64,000 bases of DNA from an uncultured Gammaproteobacteria bacterium (GCA_964609095.1 CAZSQN010000001.1:278117-342116), one strand, 5' to 3'; counted from the first letter of the stretch, positions 11,086 to 21,532 are shown. Notes: generated by a model not told the origin, from the letters alone. A program made the numbers and translations.

Positions 11086-12204
11086 ATGTTGCGGAGATCA
11101 ATTTTTGAGTCCTTGCGCCATTTTGATTGGGCGCTTCTTTTTCCGGTGGGGATATTGGTTGCTTTTGGCCTTGCCGGCGTCGGCTCCGTCGGCCTCTCAA
11201 GAGAGTCGGCTGATTTTATTTTTTTAAAAAAGCAGATAATTTTTCTGGCTTTGGGGATTTTCGTCATGGCGTTTTTCGCGTCTCCGAGCCCGACGCGGTG
11301 GAGATTTGCCGCCAAAACAATCTACGCGATAATTTTAACCCTGCTTGTTTTAGTTTTATTTTTCGGCGCGACCGTGCGGGGAACAAGGGGATGGTTTGAT
11401 ATTTTCGGCTTCCGCCTTCAGCCGGTGGAAGCGGCCAAAGTCGCGCTGATTATTGTCTTGGCCAAATTTGTTGCCGAACATCTGCATCTCGCCAGACAAT
11501 GGCCGCTTTTAATCCGCTCCGGCGCCCTGCTTTTACCGCCTCTCGCGCTGGTTCTCCTTCAGCCGGATGTCGGCTCCGCGACGATTTTAATTGTCGTCTG
11601 GTTTTCCATTGTTTTGGCCGCGGGCGTCCGAAGGCGCCATTTATTCGCGCTCTTCGGAGGGGCCGCGGTTGTGGCGACAATAAGCTGGTTTTTTGTTCTG
11701 GCGCCGTATCAGAAAGAAAGAGTTTTGACGCTGTTAAATCCCGACCGCGATCCGCTGGGCAGCGGCTACAATGTGGCGCAATCGCTTATTGCCGTCGGTT
11801 CAGGCCGGTTTTTCGGCCGCGGCCTGGGATTTGGCGCGCAAAGCCAGCTTAAATTTCTTCCGGAGGCGCAGACCGATTTTATTTTCGCCGTGCTGTCCGA
11901 AGAGCTTGGCTTTGCCGCGGTCGCCATAATGCTTTTGGCTTTTGCCGCGTTTTTTTATCGCGCCATCAAGCTGGCGCGGCGCGCGAGCGATCCGTATGAA
12001 CAGCTTGTCGTTTTTGGCGCCGCGGCCATGATTTTTTATGAAATGTTCGTCAATATCGGCATGAACCTCGGGATTATGCCGGTTACCGGCATCACGCTTC
12101 CTTTTGTAAGCTACGGGGGGAGTTCCTTGCTTTCGCATTTCGCGATTTTGGGGCTGATATTAGGCATAGCCAGCCGTTCGGCCAAATCAGCGGAGATTGA
12201 TTAG
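11086..12204 (+). CDS. rodA: SEDS peptidoglycan polymerase RodA
   Basis: QPVEAAK, LQPDVG, GYNVAQSLIAVGSG, FLPEAQTDFIF, GITLPFVSYGGSS. Confidence 0.92.
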   Translation: MLRRSIFESLRHFDWALLFPVGILVAFGLAGVGSVGLSRESADFIFLKKQIIFLALGIFVMAFFASPSPTRWRFAAKTIYAIILTLLVLVLFFGATVRGTRGWFDIFGFRLQPVEAAKVALIIVLAKFVAEHLHLARQWPLLIRSGALLLPPLALVLLQPDVGSATILIVVWFSIVLAAGVRRRHLFALFGGAAVVATISWFFVLAPYQKERVLTLLNPDRDPLGSGYNVAQSLIAVGSGRFFGRGLGFGAQSQLKFLPEAQTDFIFAVLSEELGFAAVAIMLLAFAAFFYRAIKLARRASDPYEQLVVFGAAAMIFYEMFVNIGMNLGIMPVTGITLPFVSYGGSSLLSHFAILGLILGIASRSAKSAEID

Positions 12205-12353
12205 ATTAGCTTGGCTTTTATTCTGCAGCAGTTGTTTATTTATGTTATAATAACCTTGTAAAATACTAAATAATAAAAACTATTGACTATGCGCGTCAAT
12301 TTTGTTAACCTCCATCCGGAGGAATTGCTCTTTAAAAAAGAAAGGAGCGGAAT

Positions 12354-12869
12354 ATGAGAAAGAGGTTATTCATCGCCTTAAGCGCGGTCGTATTGCTAAT
12401 TGCCGCAGCCGTTGGCGGCATTTACTGGAGCAAGAGAAATACATTTGCCGTTCCGGACGGTTGGAAGGAGTATAGGAATGAAAGATTGGGTATTTCTTTC
12501 GTTTATCCCGGTAACTGGGATACGTTGGATGTGGCTCAATATAATGAAATTTGGATAAATAATGGAGATATACCTGAACCGCCCCCACCAGATATGCTTT
12601 TTCTGCCAATGGTTGTTGCTGTAACAAAGGAATCTTCACAAAAGACGTTTGAAAGATTGTCTCAACAGGCAAATTCATCTTTTGTGGAAATTGCCGGTCG
12701 CCAGATTTCCAGATTGTCTTTTGTGTCAGGCCCAGATAAAGAAGCGCGCATCCTGTATATAATGTCTCGTTCTAATGATTATTTGCATATCGGGATTCCC
12801 GTAAATCGCGAAAATACTCCGGAAATACAACAAATTTTGGAAAGCTTAGTGCAAAGGAGTAGCAGATGA
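12354..12869 (+). CDS. Membrane-anchored PsbP-like surface protein
   Basis: TM anchor then WKEYRNERLGISFVYPGNW motif. Confidence 0.65.
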   Translation: MRKRLFIALSAVVLLIAAAVGGIYWSKRNTFAVPDGWKEYRNERLGISFVYPGNWDTLDVAQYNEIWINNGDIPEPPPPDMLFLPMVVAVTKESSQKTFERLSQQANSSFVEIAGRQISRLSFVSGPDKEARILYIMSRSNDYLHIGIPVNRENTPEIQQILESLVQRSSR

Positions 12870-14863
12870 AAAAAAGTGCAGTTTGTTTTGGGCTTTTAGC
12901 TTTTTATCCGTCAACTGTTGAAGCGCAAGGTTTTTTGTACCTTCCATTAGAAGAGAACAATCCTGTAATTACTTGTGATTTTTGTTGTTATACGAATCCA
13001 GAAACTGGCGAGTGCCATGGCGCGATTGATTATGACACAACAGATGATTCAACATTCGTATTTGCTGCGGCTAATGGCGTTGTCATTGATAGGGTAGCAA
13101 ATGAAGAAAGACGATGTCCACAAGCGTCTTACGGCAATTATATAGTTATCCAGCACCCCAACGGCTACACAACCCGCTACGCCCACCTATACAAAAACAC
13201 CGTTCAGGTAAATGTGGGGCAAATAGTGTCAGCCGGCGCTCTACTGGCCACGGCTGATAATACTGGATGCACCAGCGGCTCCCATCTTCACTTTGAAGTC
13301 CGCGATCCTTTGGGAAACAGAGTTGACCCATACGGACAAAATCCAAATTATCCCAATTGCGGAGAAGGCGCTCTTTGGGCGACTTGTCCGCCAACGCCTT
13401 ATAACAATGATGACAATGACGGTGACGGATACGATGAAGCTCAGGGCGATTGCGATGATAACAACGCGTCTATAAATCCCGGCGCAAACGAGGTCTGCAA
13501 TTACATTGATGATAATTGTAACGGTCAAACCGACGAAGGTTTCCCCGACCTCTATGGCTCGTGTACTGCCGGAGAAGGAGAATGCGCCAATACCGGCGTT
13601 TTTGTTTGTGCCAATGATTTCACAGATACGGCCTGTTCCACGGCTCCAGGACTGCCACGCACCGAGATATGCGATGGCTTGGACAATAATTGCAACGGTC
13701 AAGTTGATGAGGGGTTTGGTCCCGAAATCTGTGGGAATGGTTTAGATGACGATTGCGACGGAGAAACAGACGAAGTCACAACTTCGCCAAATCGATTAAC
13801 TAACGCTCCAAGCTGGTCAGAGTGGCCATCAATTGCCGCTAATCCTAATGGTTTTGGTCTTTTATGGCTTGATTGGAGAGACGGTTCCGCTGAAGTTTAT
13901 TTTATCCTTTTGGATCAATCGGGCATACCTGTTATTAACGAAACACAAATCTCTTCATCCCCATACGACCTCGTATTCCCGTTGATTAGTTGGAACGGAA
14001 CAGAGTTTGGCGCTTTTTGGAGAGGAAAAAGGGACGGACGACACAATACAGAACTCGCTTATACGCGGATAAGCGCGACCGGCGCCGAAATCGGTTCTGA
14101 AATGTTTTTAACCAATGCCGCAGAATGTTCTGACATGTTGAGCGTTGATTGGGATGGAAACGGATATGACTTGGTCTGGCTTGACTGCCGGAGCGGTGAG
14201 CCGGAAATATTTTTCGCGCGCATAAACGAAGACGGTTCAAAACTTCTGGATGACCGCGCTCTTATTAGCACGACGAATATCAGAAATCCGGACATTGCCT
14301 GGAACGGCGAAAATTTCGGCATTGCTTATGAATGCCATCCGGGAGAAGATCAGGAAATCTGTTTTATTTCCGTTAATGAGAATGGAGAAATTATTTTTGG
14401 CCCGTATCGGCTAACCAATGCGGTTAGGGAATCGGCATATCCGCAGATTGCCTGGACTGGCGGTCATTATGCCATTGTCTGGCATGACGGACGTCAGTCG
14501 CTGAACAATTATGATATATACGCGATTCTGCTAAATCCCGACGGATCAATAGCGGTGCCAGAGACACGGGTTTTCGACAGCCCCGTGCATTCATCTTATC
14601 CCTCAATCGCATGGTCAGAAGAACTTGGACTTTTGGGCATCGTTTGGCAAGAGGGAACTTCTAATAGCGATGAGGAGTTGTTTTTCCGCACCATTGACGA
14701 GTCGGGAACATTGGGTCCGGCGCGCCAGCTTACAGAAAATGATGCCTACGATCGCTATGCCGATATTGTCTGGGATGGCAGCGCCTTTCGTTTGGTCTGG
14801 TCGGAAGATGTGGGAGGACTGAATCTTGAACTGTTTACATCTTTGATTGCTTGCGAGGATTAG
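12866..14863 (+). CDS. Secreted M23 peptidase with Cys/Asp-rich metal-binding repeats and C-terminal beta-propeller-like repeats
   Basis: HGAIDY, YAHL, HLHFEVR; EVCNYIDDNCNGQTDEG-type repeats x3; repeated P(S/D)IAW(N/T)G blades. Confidence 0.85.
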   Translation: MKKSAVCFGLLAFYPSTVEAQGFLYLPLEENNPVITCDFCCYTNPETGECHGAIDYDTTDDSTFVFAAANGVVIDRVANEERRCPQASYGNYIVIQHPNGYTTRYAHLYKNTVQVNVGQIVSAGALLATADNTGCTSGSHLHFEVRDPLGNRVDPYGQNPNYPNCGEGALWATCPPTPYNNDDNDGDGYDEAQGDCDDNNASINPGANEVCNYIDDNCNGQTDEGFPDLYGSCTAGEGECANTGVFVCANDFTDTACSTAPGLPRTEICDGLDNNCNGQVDEGFGPEICGNGLDDDCDGETDEVTTSPNRLTNAPSWSEWPSIAANPNGFGLLWLDWRDGSAEVYFILLDQSGIPVINETQISSSPYDLVFPLISWNGTEFGAFWRGKRDGRHNTELAYTRISATGAEIGSEMFLTNAAECSDMLSVDWDGNGYDLVWLDCRSGEPEIFFARINEDGSKLLDDRALISTTNIRNPDIAWNGENFGIAYECHPGEDQEICFISVNENGEIIFGPYRLTNAVRESAYPQIAWTGGHYAIVWHDGRQSLNNYDIYAILLNPDGSIAVPETRVFDSPVHSSYPSIAWSEELGLLGIVWQEGTSNSDEELFFRTIDESGTLGPARQLTENDAYDRYADIVWDGSAFRLVWSEDVGGLNLELFTSLIACED

Positions 14864-14995
14864 CCCTTACTGAGACAAGGTTTCCCCGATGATTTTTATC
14901 GGGGATTTTTTATTTTGTTGAAAGCCGCACGGCGGAATTGACTTTATAATGAAGTTTTGGTATGGTTTAATTAACTTTTCTTTAATGAAAAAAAG

Positions 14996-15352
14996 ATGCG
15001 TAAAAAGCCATTAAACGGTTTAGGGAGGCGCGGCCTTCCCATGGGCTCGGAACTTCTTGCCAACTGTCCGCTTTGCAACGCCAAATACAAACCAAGGGAA
15101 GCGCGGATTTTAGACGAAGAGATGGGCAAGCACCTTTTGCACTTGGAGTGCCGGGAATGCGGCAATGCGGTGCTGGCTCTTTTTCGCGTCAACGCGGAAG
15201 GATTGTGTTCGGTGGGCATGGTGACCGACCTTACGGCCGAAGACGCGCTTCGCTTTAAGGACGCGCCGGGCATCTCCGCCGACGATGTTATCGGGCTGCA
15301 CGAATTATTAAAAGAAGATAAATTTTTTATAGAAAGAATCAAAAACAGATAA
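14996..15352 (+). CDS. Zinc-ribbon hypothetical protein
   Basis: CPLC...CREC and GMVTDLT motif. Confidence 0.7.
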   Translation: MRKKPLNGLGRRGLPMGSELLANCPLCNAKYKPREARILDEEMGKHLLHLECRECGNAVLALFRVNAEGLCSVGMVTDLTAEDALRFKDAPGISADDVIGLHELLKEDKFFIERIKNR

Positions 15353-15358
15353 TATTTT

Positions 15359-16042
15359 ATGGAGACATTGTCATTGCAATTAAAAGAAAGAAAGTGCTCA
15401 GGCAAAGCGTGCAAGCGCCTTCGCAAAGAAGGGCTTATTCCGGCTGTTCTCTACGGACACGGCGTGCCGTCGCGCTCTGTTTCGGTTGAATACAATCCGT
15501 TTGTCAAAGTATATAAGAGTTCCGGAGAATCATCGCTTATTGATTTGTTTATAGACGGAAAAGAATCAGTCAAAGCGCTGGTTGCCGACACGGCCATTGA
15601 TCCGATGACCGATCGCCTGATTCATATTGATTTCAGGCAGGTGCTGATGACGGAGAAGATTAAGACCAAAATACAGGTGGCGCTTAAAGGAGAATCGCGC
15701 GCGGTTAAAGAGCTCGGCGGCATTTTGGTTAAGAGCTTGCCCGAAATAGAAGTTGAATGTCTGCCGCAATACCTGGTTCATGAAATCAGCGTGGATATTT
15801 CGCCGCTCAAAGAATTTGGCGAAACCATCAGGGTGGAGGACATACTCGTTCCGGAAGGCATGAAATTTTTGGAAAATCCGCGCGAAGTTATCGCCTCTGT
15901 GGCTCCGCCGCGAAGCGAAGAGGAGCTAAAGTCGCTGGAAGAGAAGGTTGAAGAAAAGGTGGAAGCGGTTGAGGTCGTCAAAGCGAAGAAGGAAGCCGAA
16001 GAAGGCGAAGAGGGCGCCAAAGAGGAGGAAGCGAAAAAATAA
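15359..16042 (+). CDS. rplY: 50S ribosomal protein L25/Ctc
   Basis: LRKEGLIPAVLYG, HIDF, EVECLP, acidic tail. Confidence 0.95.
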   Translation: METLSLQLKERKCSGKACKRLRKEGLIPAVLYGHGVPSRSVSVEYNPFVKVYKSSGESSLIDLFIDGKESVKALVADTAIDPMTDRLIHIDFRQVLMTEKIKTKIQVALKGESRAVKELGGILVKSLPEIEVECLPQYLVHEISVDISPLKEFGETIRVEDILVPEGMKFLENPREVIASVAPPRSEEELKSLEEKVEEKVEAVEVVKAKKEAEEGEEGAKEEEAKK

Positions 16043-16044
16043 TA

Positions 16045-17163
16045 ATGTTCGGCCGCCGCCATCAATTTAGAGAAAAAATTAAATTCGCGCGCCGCCCGCT
16101 ACGCGAGGGCAGAGAAGGCGCGCGAATTTCTTTTCCGGTTGTTGTTTTTATCGCCTCGCTGATTATTTCTCCTTTGATTTTTTTTACCGCCGTGGCCGGC
16201 GAAAGGTTCGCTTCAAAAATGGCCTCTGTTTTTTCGTCGCTTAAAACAAAGACGGAGAATGGCGCGGATAAGCCGGAGGCGCCTCCGTGCCTATACCGCC
16301 ATCCGCTTGATAATTCCTGCCTTGAGGAAAGGTGGGGCAATAAAAAAATTATTGCCGTTTCCATAGACAATCATATCGAATCCCGACCACCCTCGGGGCT
16401 TTCGTCCAGCCGGCTGGTGATTGAAGCTCCCGTGGAAGGAGGCATTACGAGGTTTCTTGCTTTTTTCGGCGAGGGCGATGAAGCGCCGGAGGTCGGGCCG
16501 GTTCGTTCCGCCAGGCCATATTTTATTGACTGGGCCGAAGAATATCAGGCAACGCTCGCGCATATAGGCGGCTCTCCCGAAGCGCTGGAGAGGATAAAAA
16601 AAGAAAATATCAAAACAATTGACGGCATAACTTTCGGCTCGCCGTTTCGGCGCGTTCCCTCGCGGGAAGCGCCGCATTCAACTTATTCTTCCGCGCAAAA
16701 ATTGTTTGAAGCGGCTTCGCGCGGAAGCGAGCCGGCTAATCCGCCGGTTCTCTCCGAGGCGCCGGATTCAAATTCGGGGGCAAAACGGATGCGCATTGCC
16801 GCGGCCTCATCCGCCTATGAGATTGAATGGAAATATCTAAATGATGAAGAGCGTTATGTCCGGTTTCAGGGAGGCGTGAAGACGGTTGACAAAGACGGTT
16901 CGGAAATTGCGGCCAAAAATGTTTTAGCGCTGAGAATGCCGATTGAAGTGATTGATGACGAGGGCAGAAGAAAAATCGGAACAATCGGAGAAGGCGAGGC
17001 CGCGATTTTTACGGGCGGGAAAATTGTTTTTGGCAAATGGATTAGAAAATCAATCGGAGACCGCACGAGCTTTGTTGACGGCGGCGGAAAGGAAATATCT
17101 TTGGCGCCGGGGACCACCTGGATTGAAATAATTTCTAAAGGGGCGGTAATGGAGTATAATTAA
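16045..17163 (+). CDS. DUF3048-family protein
   Basis: IDNH..SRPPSGL, EAPVEGGITRFLA, GPVRSARPYF, PGTTWIEI. Confidence 0.85.
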   Translation: MFGRRHQFREKIKFARRPLREGREGARISFPVVVFIASLIISPLIFFTAVAGERFASKMASVFSSLKTKTENGADKPEAPPCLYRHPLDNSCLEERWGNKKIIAVSIDNHIESRPPSGLSSSRLVIEAPVEGGITRFLAFFGEGDEAPEVGPVRSARPYFIDWAEEYQATLAHIGGSPEALERIKKENIKTIDGITFGSPFRRVPSREAPHSTYSSAQKLFEAASRGSEPANPPVLSEAPDSNSGAKRMRIAAASSAYEIEWKYLNDEERYVRFQGGVKTVDKDGSEIAAKNVLALRMPIEVIDDEGRRKIGTIGEGEAAIFTGGKIVFGKWIRKSIGDRTSFVDGGGKEISLAPGTTWIEIISKGAVMEYN

Positions 17164-17168
17164 AAAAT

Positions 17169-17579
17169 ATGCACAGGTCTCAAAAAGGTTTTACCCTGAT
17201 AGAACTTTTGGTGGTCATCGGCATTATCGGACTGCTGGCATCGGCGGCGACTTATTCCATTGGTTATATACGGAGCCGCCTGCGAGACACTACTCGTGTT
17301 GCCAACGTGCGGGAGCTGCAAAAAGCTTTGTCGCTTTATCAAAACGCCAGGGCGCAATATCCCATCACTTCCGGCGAATGCGTTACCGGAAGCGATGTTA
17401 TGTCTTTGGCTTTGATTGCGGAAAAATTGGTTACGCGGCCGCCAAAAGACCCGCTTTACGTTACGGAACCGAACTGTTTTTATTACAAATCTGATGACGG
17501 CGGCGCTTATAGCTTGCGTTACACTCTTGAAATCAATTCCCAAGTCGGCGAGGCCGGAGAGCATACGGTGGCGCCGTAA
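17169..17579 (+). CDS. Type IV pilin / GspG-like prepilin
   Basis: QKGFTLIELLVVIGIIGLLA N-methylation motif. Confidence 0.92.
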   Translation: MHRSQKGFTLIELLVVIGIIGLLASAATYSIGYIRSRLRDTTRVANVRELQKALSLYQNARAQYPITSGECVTGSDVMSLALIAEKLVTRPPKDPLYVTEPNCFYYKSDDGGAYSLRYTLEINSQVGEAGEHTVAP

Positions 17580-17594
17580 GGCCGACGGAAGAAT

Positions 17595-17798
17595 ATGCGG
17601 ATAAAAGAAGAATGGATTTATTTTTTGATTGACCGCGGATTTTCAGCAGCCGGCGCGAGAGCCGCGCTAGAAGGTTTGCGGGAAGCAAAACAGGATTTTA
17701 AAGACGAAGAATTTGAAAAGTGGCTAAAGACATTAAAGACGGAGGATGTGCCAAAGATATTAGCTGATTATTATTTTGGCCGCGATTCTAAAAAATAA
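17595..17798 (+). CDS. Hypothetical protein (67 aa)
   Basis: Compact ORF in operon context. Confidence 0.55.
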   Translation: MRIKEEWIYFLIDRGFSAAGARAALEGLREAKQDFKDEEFEKWLKTLKTEDVPKILADYYFGRDSKK

Positions 17799-17805
17799 AA
17801 TTGAT

Positions 17806-18879
17806 ATGAAATCAAAAAAGAGAGAACTCGACGGGAGGGAAGCAATGGAAACGGAAAAACCGGAAAGCGCGCTGGAAGAAAGATTGCGCGCTCTTCTTGT
17901 TGCGTTTGAAGCGGAAAAATCCCGGACGACCGCGCTTAGCGCGGAAAATGACGGATTAAAGCAGGAAAATTGGGAGCTTAAAATTGATCCGCGTACGGGG
18001 CTTGAACGCGAAAGGCGGTATTACGAGTCGTTAAATAAAAAAATTGAGGAAATAATAAGCGATCCGGAACTGGCAGATACGTTGGAGCAGGATTCTTTAG
18101 ACGCGCGGGATTTGGAAAAGCTTGGCGCGGTGGCGCTTTCCGTGACCGCGGCCGATCTTGGGTATCTTTCCAAATACAATGAAGATCCGGAGATCGCGGA
18201 GCATTACGGGGAGCATGGCGGCGGCGATAAGATTTTACAGGAAACGGGACGGATTATTCAGAGTTCTGATCCGAAAAAGCGCGCCATTAAACCGGAATTG
18301 GACCCGCAAACGAGCGGCTACAGAGTCGGCGGAGACGAATTTGCCATGATTCACGAGCTTGCAAAAGACAAGGCAAAAGAGGTGGCGCGCGAATTTACGC
18401 TCAAGCAGGCAGGGATAGAAATTAAAGGCGCGGACCTGTCTCCGGCAATAAATTGCGGCACCGCCGGCTTTCGGGACGGTGTTGAGGCGTTTGTCGCGGC
18501 TTTCTCCAAAGAGGAAAGGCAAGAATTAACCGCTGAAGAAAAAGCAAAAAAAATTCAGCATTTGCTTACAAGCATCGCTGACCGGCGGTCTAAAGTGGCC
18601 AAGGGCATGGAACGGCTTGCCGCGATGACCATGCTGCTAGCCAAAGAGCCGGAAAAATTCAGGCGCAACCACAAATGGATGCAAAAAGGGGCTTTTGGCA
18701 TGGTTGAAGGGGATTTTGTCGGACTGATAAAACTGGTTGGCGCGCCCGAGAAGATGGAGAAAGCCGTCCGCGATTTAGTTAAAGAAAAACTTGAGGTTCA
18801 AAACAGGCGCGAGGATGACCAAAGATTAAAAGAGCGGGCGATTATTGTTGAAATTTCAGACCGCGAATTTTTGTCTTAG
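17806..18879 (+). CDS. GGDEF-domain protein (diguanylate cyclase-like, with insertions)
   Basis: Coiled coil, IDPRTGL, D..YLSKYNE...YGEHGGGDKIL, YRVGGDEF. Confidence 0.8.
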   Translation: MKSKKRELDGREAMETEKPESALEERLRALLVAFEAEKSRTTALSAENDGLKQENWELKIDPRTGLERERRYYESLNKKIEEIISDPELADTLEQDSLDARDLEKLGAVALSVTAADLGYLSKYNEDPEIAEHYGEHGGGDKILQETGRIIQSSDPKKRAIKPELDPQTSGYRVGGDEFAMIHELAKDKAKEVAREFTLKQAGIEIKGADLSPAINCGTAGFRDGVEAFVAAFSKEERQELTAEEKAKKIQHLLTSIADRRSKVAKGMERLAAMTMLLAKEPEKFRRNHKWMQKGAFGMVEGDFVGLIKLVGAPEKMEKAVRDLVKEKLEVQNRREDDQRLKERAIIVEISDREFLS

Positions 18880-19770
18880 TTAAATTTTTGCCAAAAACAA
18901 GCGATCAAGGCCGGCCAGGTCTTTTTTTATTTCAATAATCGCGCCGGGAAATAATTTTTTGGCAAAAGAAGATAATTTTTTTGGCTGCGTTGGGTCTACC
19001 TCCAAGAGAACTGTTCCGCGGATGTTCCGCGCTTTAATTTGCGCAAGTAATTTTTTAATTAAATCCAGCCCGTCGGCTCCGCCTAAAAGTGCGGTTTTGG
19101 GTTCAAAATTTTTAACATCCGGCATGGCGTTCTTCCAAACGCGCGTTGAAAGATAGGGGAGATTGGCGACAATGAGCGTTGGAATCTGGAATCTGGAATT
19201 TGGAATCTGGGGCAGGAGATTTGTTTTTACAAATTTGATTCTTTTGCTAACTCCGTGGCGGCGGGCGTTAGCTCGCGCGATTTTAAGCGCGGCGGAAGAA
19301 ATGTCCGTGGCAATGATTTTTGCTTCGGGCAGATTTTTGGCTAATGCAACCGCAATGGTTCCTGAACCGGTTCCTATATCAAAAATCTGAAATCTGAAAT
19401 CTGAAATCTGAAATTCTCTGATTGCTTCTTCCACCAGCAGTTCCGTTTCCGGGCGCGGAATCAGGACATTTTTATTTACAAAAAATTTTAATCCGAAAAA
19501 TTCTTTTTCGCCGACAATATAGGCGATTGGCTCGCGCTTGGCGCGCCTTTTAATCAATTGGGAGAATTTTTTGAATTGCCGCGCGCTTATTTTTTGCTCC
19601 GAATGAATGAGCATCTCCTCTTTGCTTTTTTTAAGAACAAGGCCTAATAAAATTTCGGCATCCAGCGCGGGGGAGCTAAAATAGTTTTTTCCCGACACTC
19701 CGGTCGGGATCCCGACTTTATGTCGAGATAATTTTTTAGTTGCCTGATTTAAGGCCTGATTGATAATCAT
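18880..19770 (-). CDS. prmC: Release factor glutamine methyltransferase
   Basis: EPIAYIVG, VLIPRPETE, DIGTGSG, ANLPY, GGADGL; contains in-frame repeat insertions. Confidence 0.95.
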   Translation of the reverse strand: MIINQALNQATKKLSRHKVGIPTGVSGKNYFSSPALDAEILLGLVLKKSKEEMLIHSEQKISARQFKKFSQLIKRRAKREPIAYIVGEKEFFGLKFFVNKNVLIPRPETELLVEEAIREFQISDFRFQIFDIGTGSGTIAVALAKNLPEAKIIATDISSAALKIARANARRHGVSKRIKFVKTNLLPQIPNSRFQIPTLIVANLPYLSTRVWKNAMPDVKNFEPKTALLGGADGLDLIKKLLAQIKARNIRGTVLLEVDPTQPKKLSSFAKKLFPGAIIEIKKDLAGLDRLFLAKI

Positions 19771-19771
19771 G

Positions 19772-19869
19772 ACGCGAATAATGCGAATCTAATGCCAATA
19801 TTACGCGAATAAGCGAATAATTATATTCGCATATTTGCGTCATTCGCATTCATTTGCGAAATTTGCGTT
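19772..19869. repeat. 98-bp GCGAAT/ATTCGC-rich palindromic repeat, copy 1
   Basis: Identical by eye to 20307-20404. Confidence 0.9.
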
Positions 19870-19873
19870 GTGT

Positions 19874-20296
19874 TTATGCCTGGCCAATGTTTGGATTTTT
19901 CCGACTTTCTTTTTCCAGTTCCATTTCCATTTCTTTAATTTTTCCTTCATATCCCTTTATATGGCCAATGGTTTTTACAATTTTTTGTTCTATTTCCTCG
20001 GCAAAGTTCTGAAGCAGAGAGAATTCCTCCGCGGTTGTTTCCAGATTAATGCCTTGGCCCTCGGCCGCGAGCCGCATTTTTAAGGGCATGGCTGACAGTT
20101 TGCCTTTTATCAGCCGCAAATCATCCTCATATTTTTTCAGAATTTCGTGCAAGGTGTGAACGCGATTATCCGCCGTTTGCAGGAGCCGCAAGAGCTCTTT
20201 TGCTTTTTCCGTCATTTGTTCCGGCTCGGCAGAGAGTTCTGACTCCAAACTTTTGTCCGCCTCGCCGCTGTACAGTTCGCCTAAGGGTTTTTTCAT
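19874..20296 (-). CDS. Coiled-coil hypothetical protein between prfA and prmC
   Basis: 140-aa Glu/Lys-rich ORF bracketed by 98-bp direct repeats. Confidence 0.7.
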   Translation of the reverse strand: MKKPLGELYSGEADKSLESELSAEPEQMTEKAKELLRLLQTADNRVHTLHEILKKYEDDLRLIKGKLSAMPLKMRLAAEGQGINLETTAEEFSLLQNFAEEIEQKIVKTIGHIKGYEGKIKEMEMELEKESRKNPNIGQA

Positions 20297-20306
20297 AAAA
20301 GATATA

Positions 20307-20404
20307 ACGCGAATAATGCGAATCTAATGCCAATATTACGCGAATAAGCGAATAATTATATTCGCATATTTGCGTCATTCGCATTCATTTGCGAAATTTG
20401 CGTT
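20307..20404. repeat. 98-bp GCGAAT/ATTCGC-rich palindromic repeat, copy 2
   Basis: Identical by eye to 19772-19869. Confidence 0.9.
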
Positions 20405-20411
20405 ATCTTAA

Positions 20412-21482
20412 TTATTCTTCTCCCGCTCCCATTGTACCATGCCGCTCGGCTTCGGAGAGAGCCGTGACAATCGGCATTATTTCTCCATCCATAATATTGG
20501 GCAAGCTGTGCCAGCTTTCTTTAATGCGGTGGTCGGTAACGCGGTCCTGTGGGAAATTATAAGTGCGGATTTTTTCCGCTCTCATTCCTGTGCCGATTTG
20601 CGCTTTTCTCGCCTCCGCGCGCGCTTGCGCGAGCCGTTCCGTTTCGGCGGCAAAAAGCCGCGAGCGCAATATCTGCATGGCGCGATTTCTGTTTTGCTGC
20701 TGGCTTCGCTCGTCCTGGCAGGAAACAACCAATCCGGTGGGGAGATGGGTGATGCGGATGGCGGAATAAGTGGTGTTGACTGATTGGCCACCGTGTCCGC
20801 CGGCGGTTGAGGTTTCAATTTTCAAGTCCTTGGGATCTATTTTCAAATCAACTTCTTCCGCTTCCGGAAGCACGGCCACGGTGACGGTGGAGGTATGCAC
20901 GCGCCCGCTTTTTTCCGTTTCCGGCACGCGCTGGACGCGGTGCGTGCCGCTTTCGTATTTTAGATGCCGGTAAACATTGGCGCCGGAGATTTCAAAAAGC
21001 GCTTCTTTGTAGCCGCCAATATCCGTACGGTTGGCGGAGATTAAACTTGTTTTCCATCCCTGCCTCTCGGCAAACCGTCCGTAGAGGCGGAAAAGTTGCG
21101 CGGCAAAAAGCGCGGCCTCCTCGCCGCCGGCTCCGGCGCGGATTTCTATAATAATATCGCGCGAATCCAGCGGATCCGGCGGAGTAAGCGCTTCTTCCAG
21201 CTCCGCCTCCAGACGGGAGATTTTTTCTTTTAAGCGGGCTGATTCTTCTTCGGCAAATTCCAGCATTTCCGGCTCTTTGGATGTTTTTAAGGTGTGTTCG
21301 GCGTCAGAAGCGGCGATTTTTGTCTGTGTCAAAAGTTCATTTATCTCTAATATCTTTTTGGCGTCCGCGTACTCTCTGGCAAGCTGTTTTATTTTTTTGG
21401 AATCCGAAACCGCCTCGGGACGGCTCATTTCCGCTTCAAGTTCGGCTACGCGTTTTTTAATTATTTCTAATTCTTTGCGCAT
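20412..21482 (-). CDS. prfA: Peptide chain release factor 1
   Basis: [20 protein letters not shown] (PET), [18 protein letters not shown]. Confidence 0.98.
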   Translation of the reverse strand: MRKELEIIKKRVAELEAEMSRPEAVSDSKKIKQLAREYADAKKILEINELLTQTKIAASDAEHTLKTSKEPEMLEFAEEESARLKEKISRLEAELEEALTPPDPLDSRDIIIEIRAGAGGEEAALFAAQLFRLYGRFAERQGWKTSLISANRTDIGGYKEALFEISGANVYRHLKYESGTHRVQRVPETEKSGRVHTSTVTVAVLPEAEEVDLKIDPKDLKIETSTAGGHGGQSVNTTYSAIRITHLPTGLVVSCQDERSQQQNRNRAMQILRSRLFAAETERLAQARAEARKAQIGTGMRAEKIRTYNFPQDRVTDHRIKESWHSLPNIMDGEIMPIVTALSEAERHGTMGAGEE

Positions 21483-21532
21483 ATATTCACTTTACCAAAA
21501 AATCCCCATTATTAGGGGATAGGGTGTAGGGT

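Noticed and set aside
19772-20404. CRISPR array
   Set aside because: Only two long repeats around a gene; no regular spacers and no cas genes.
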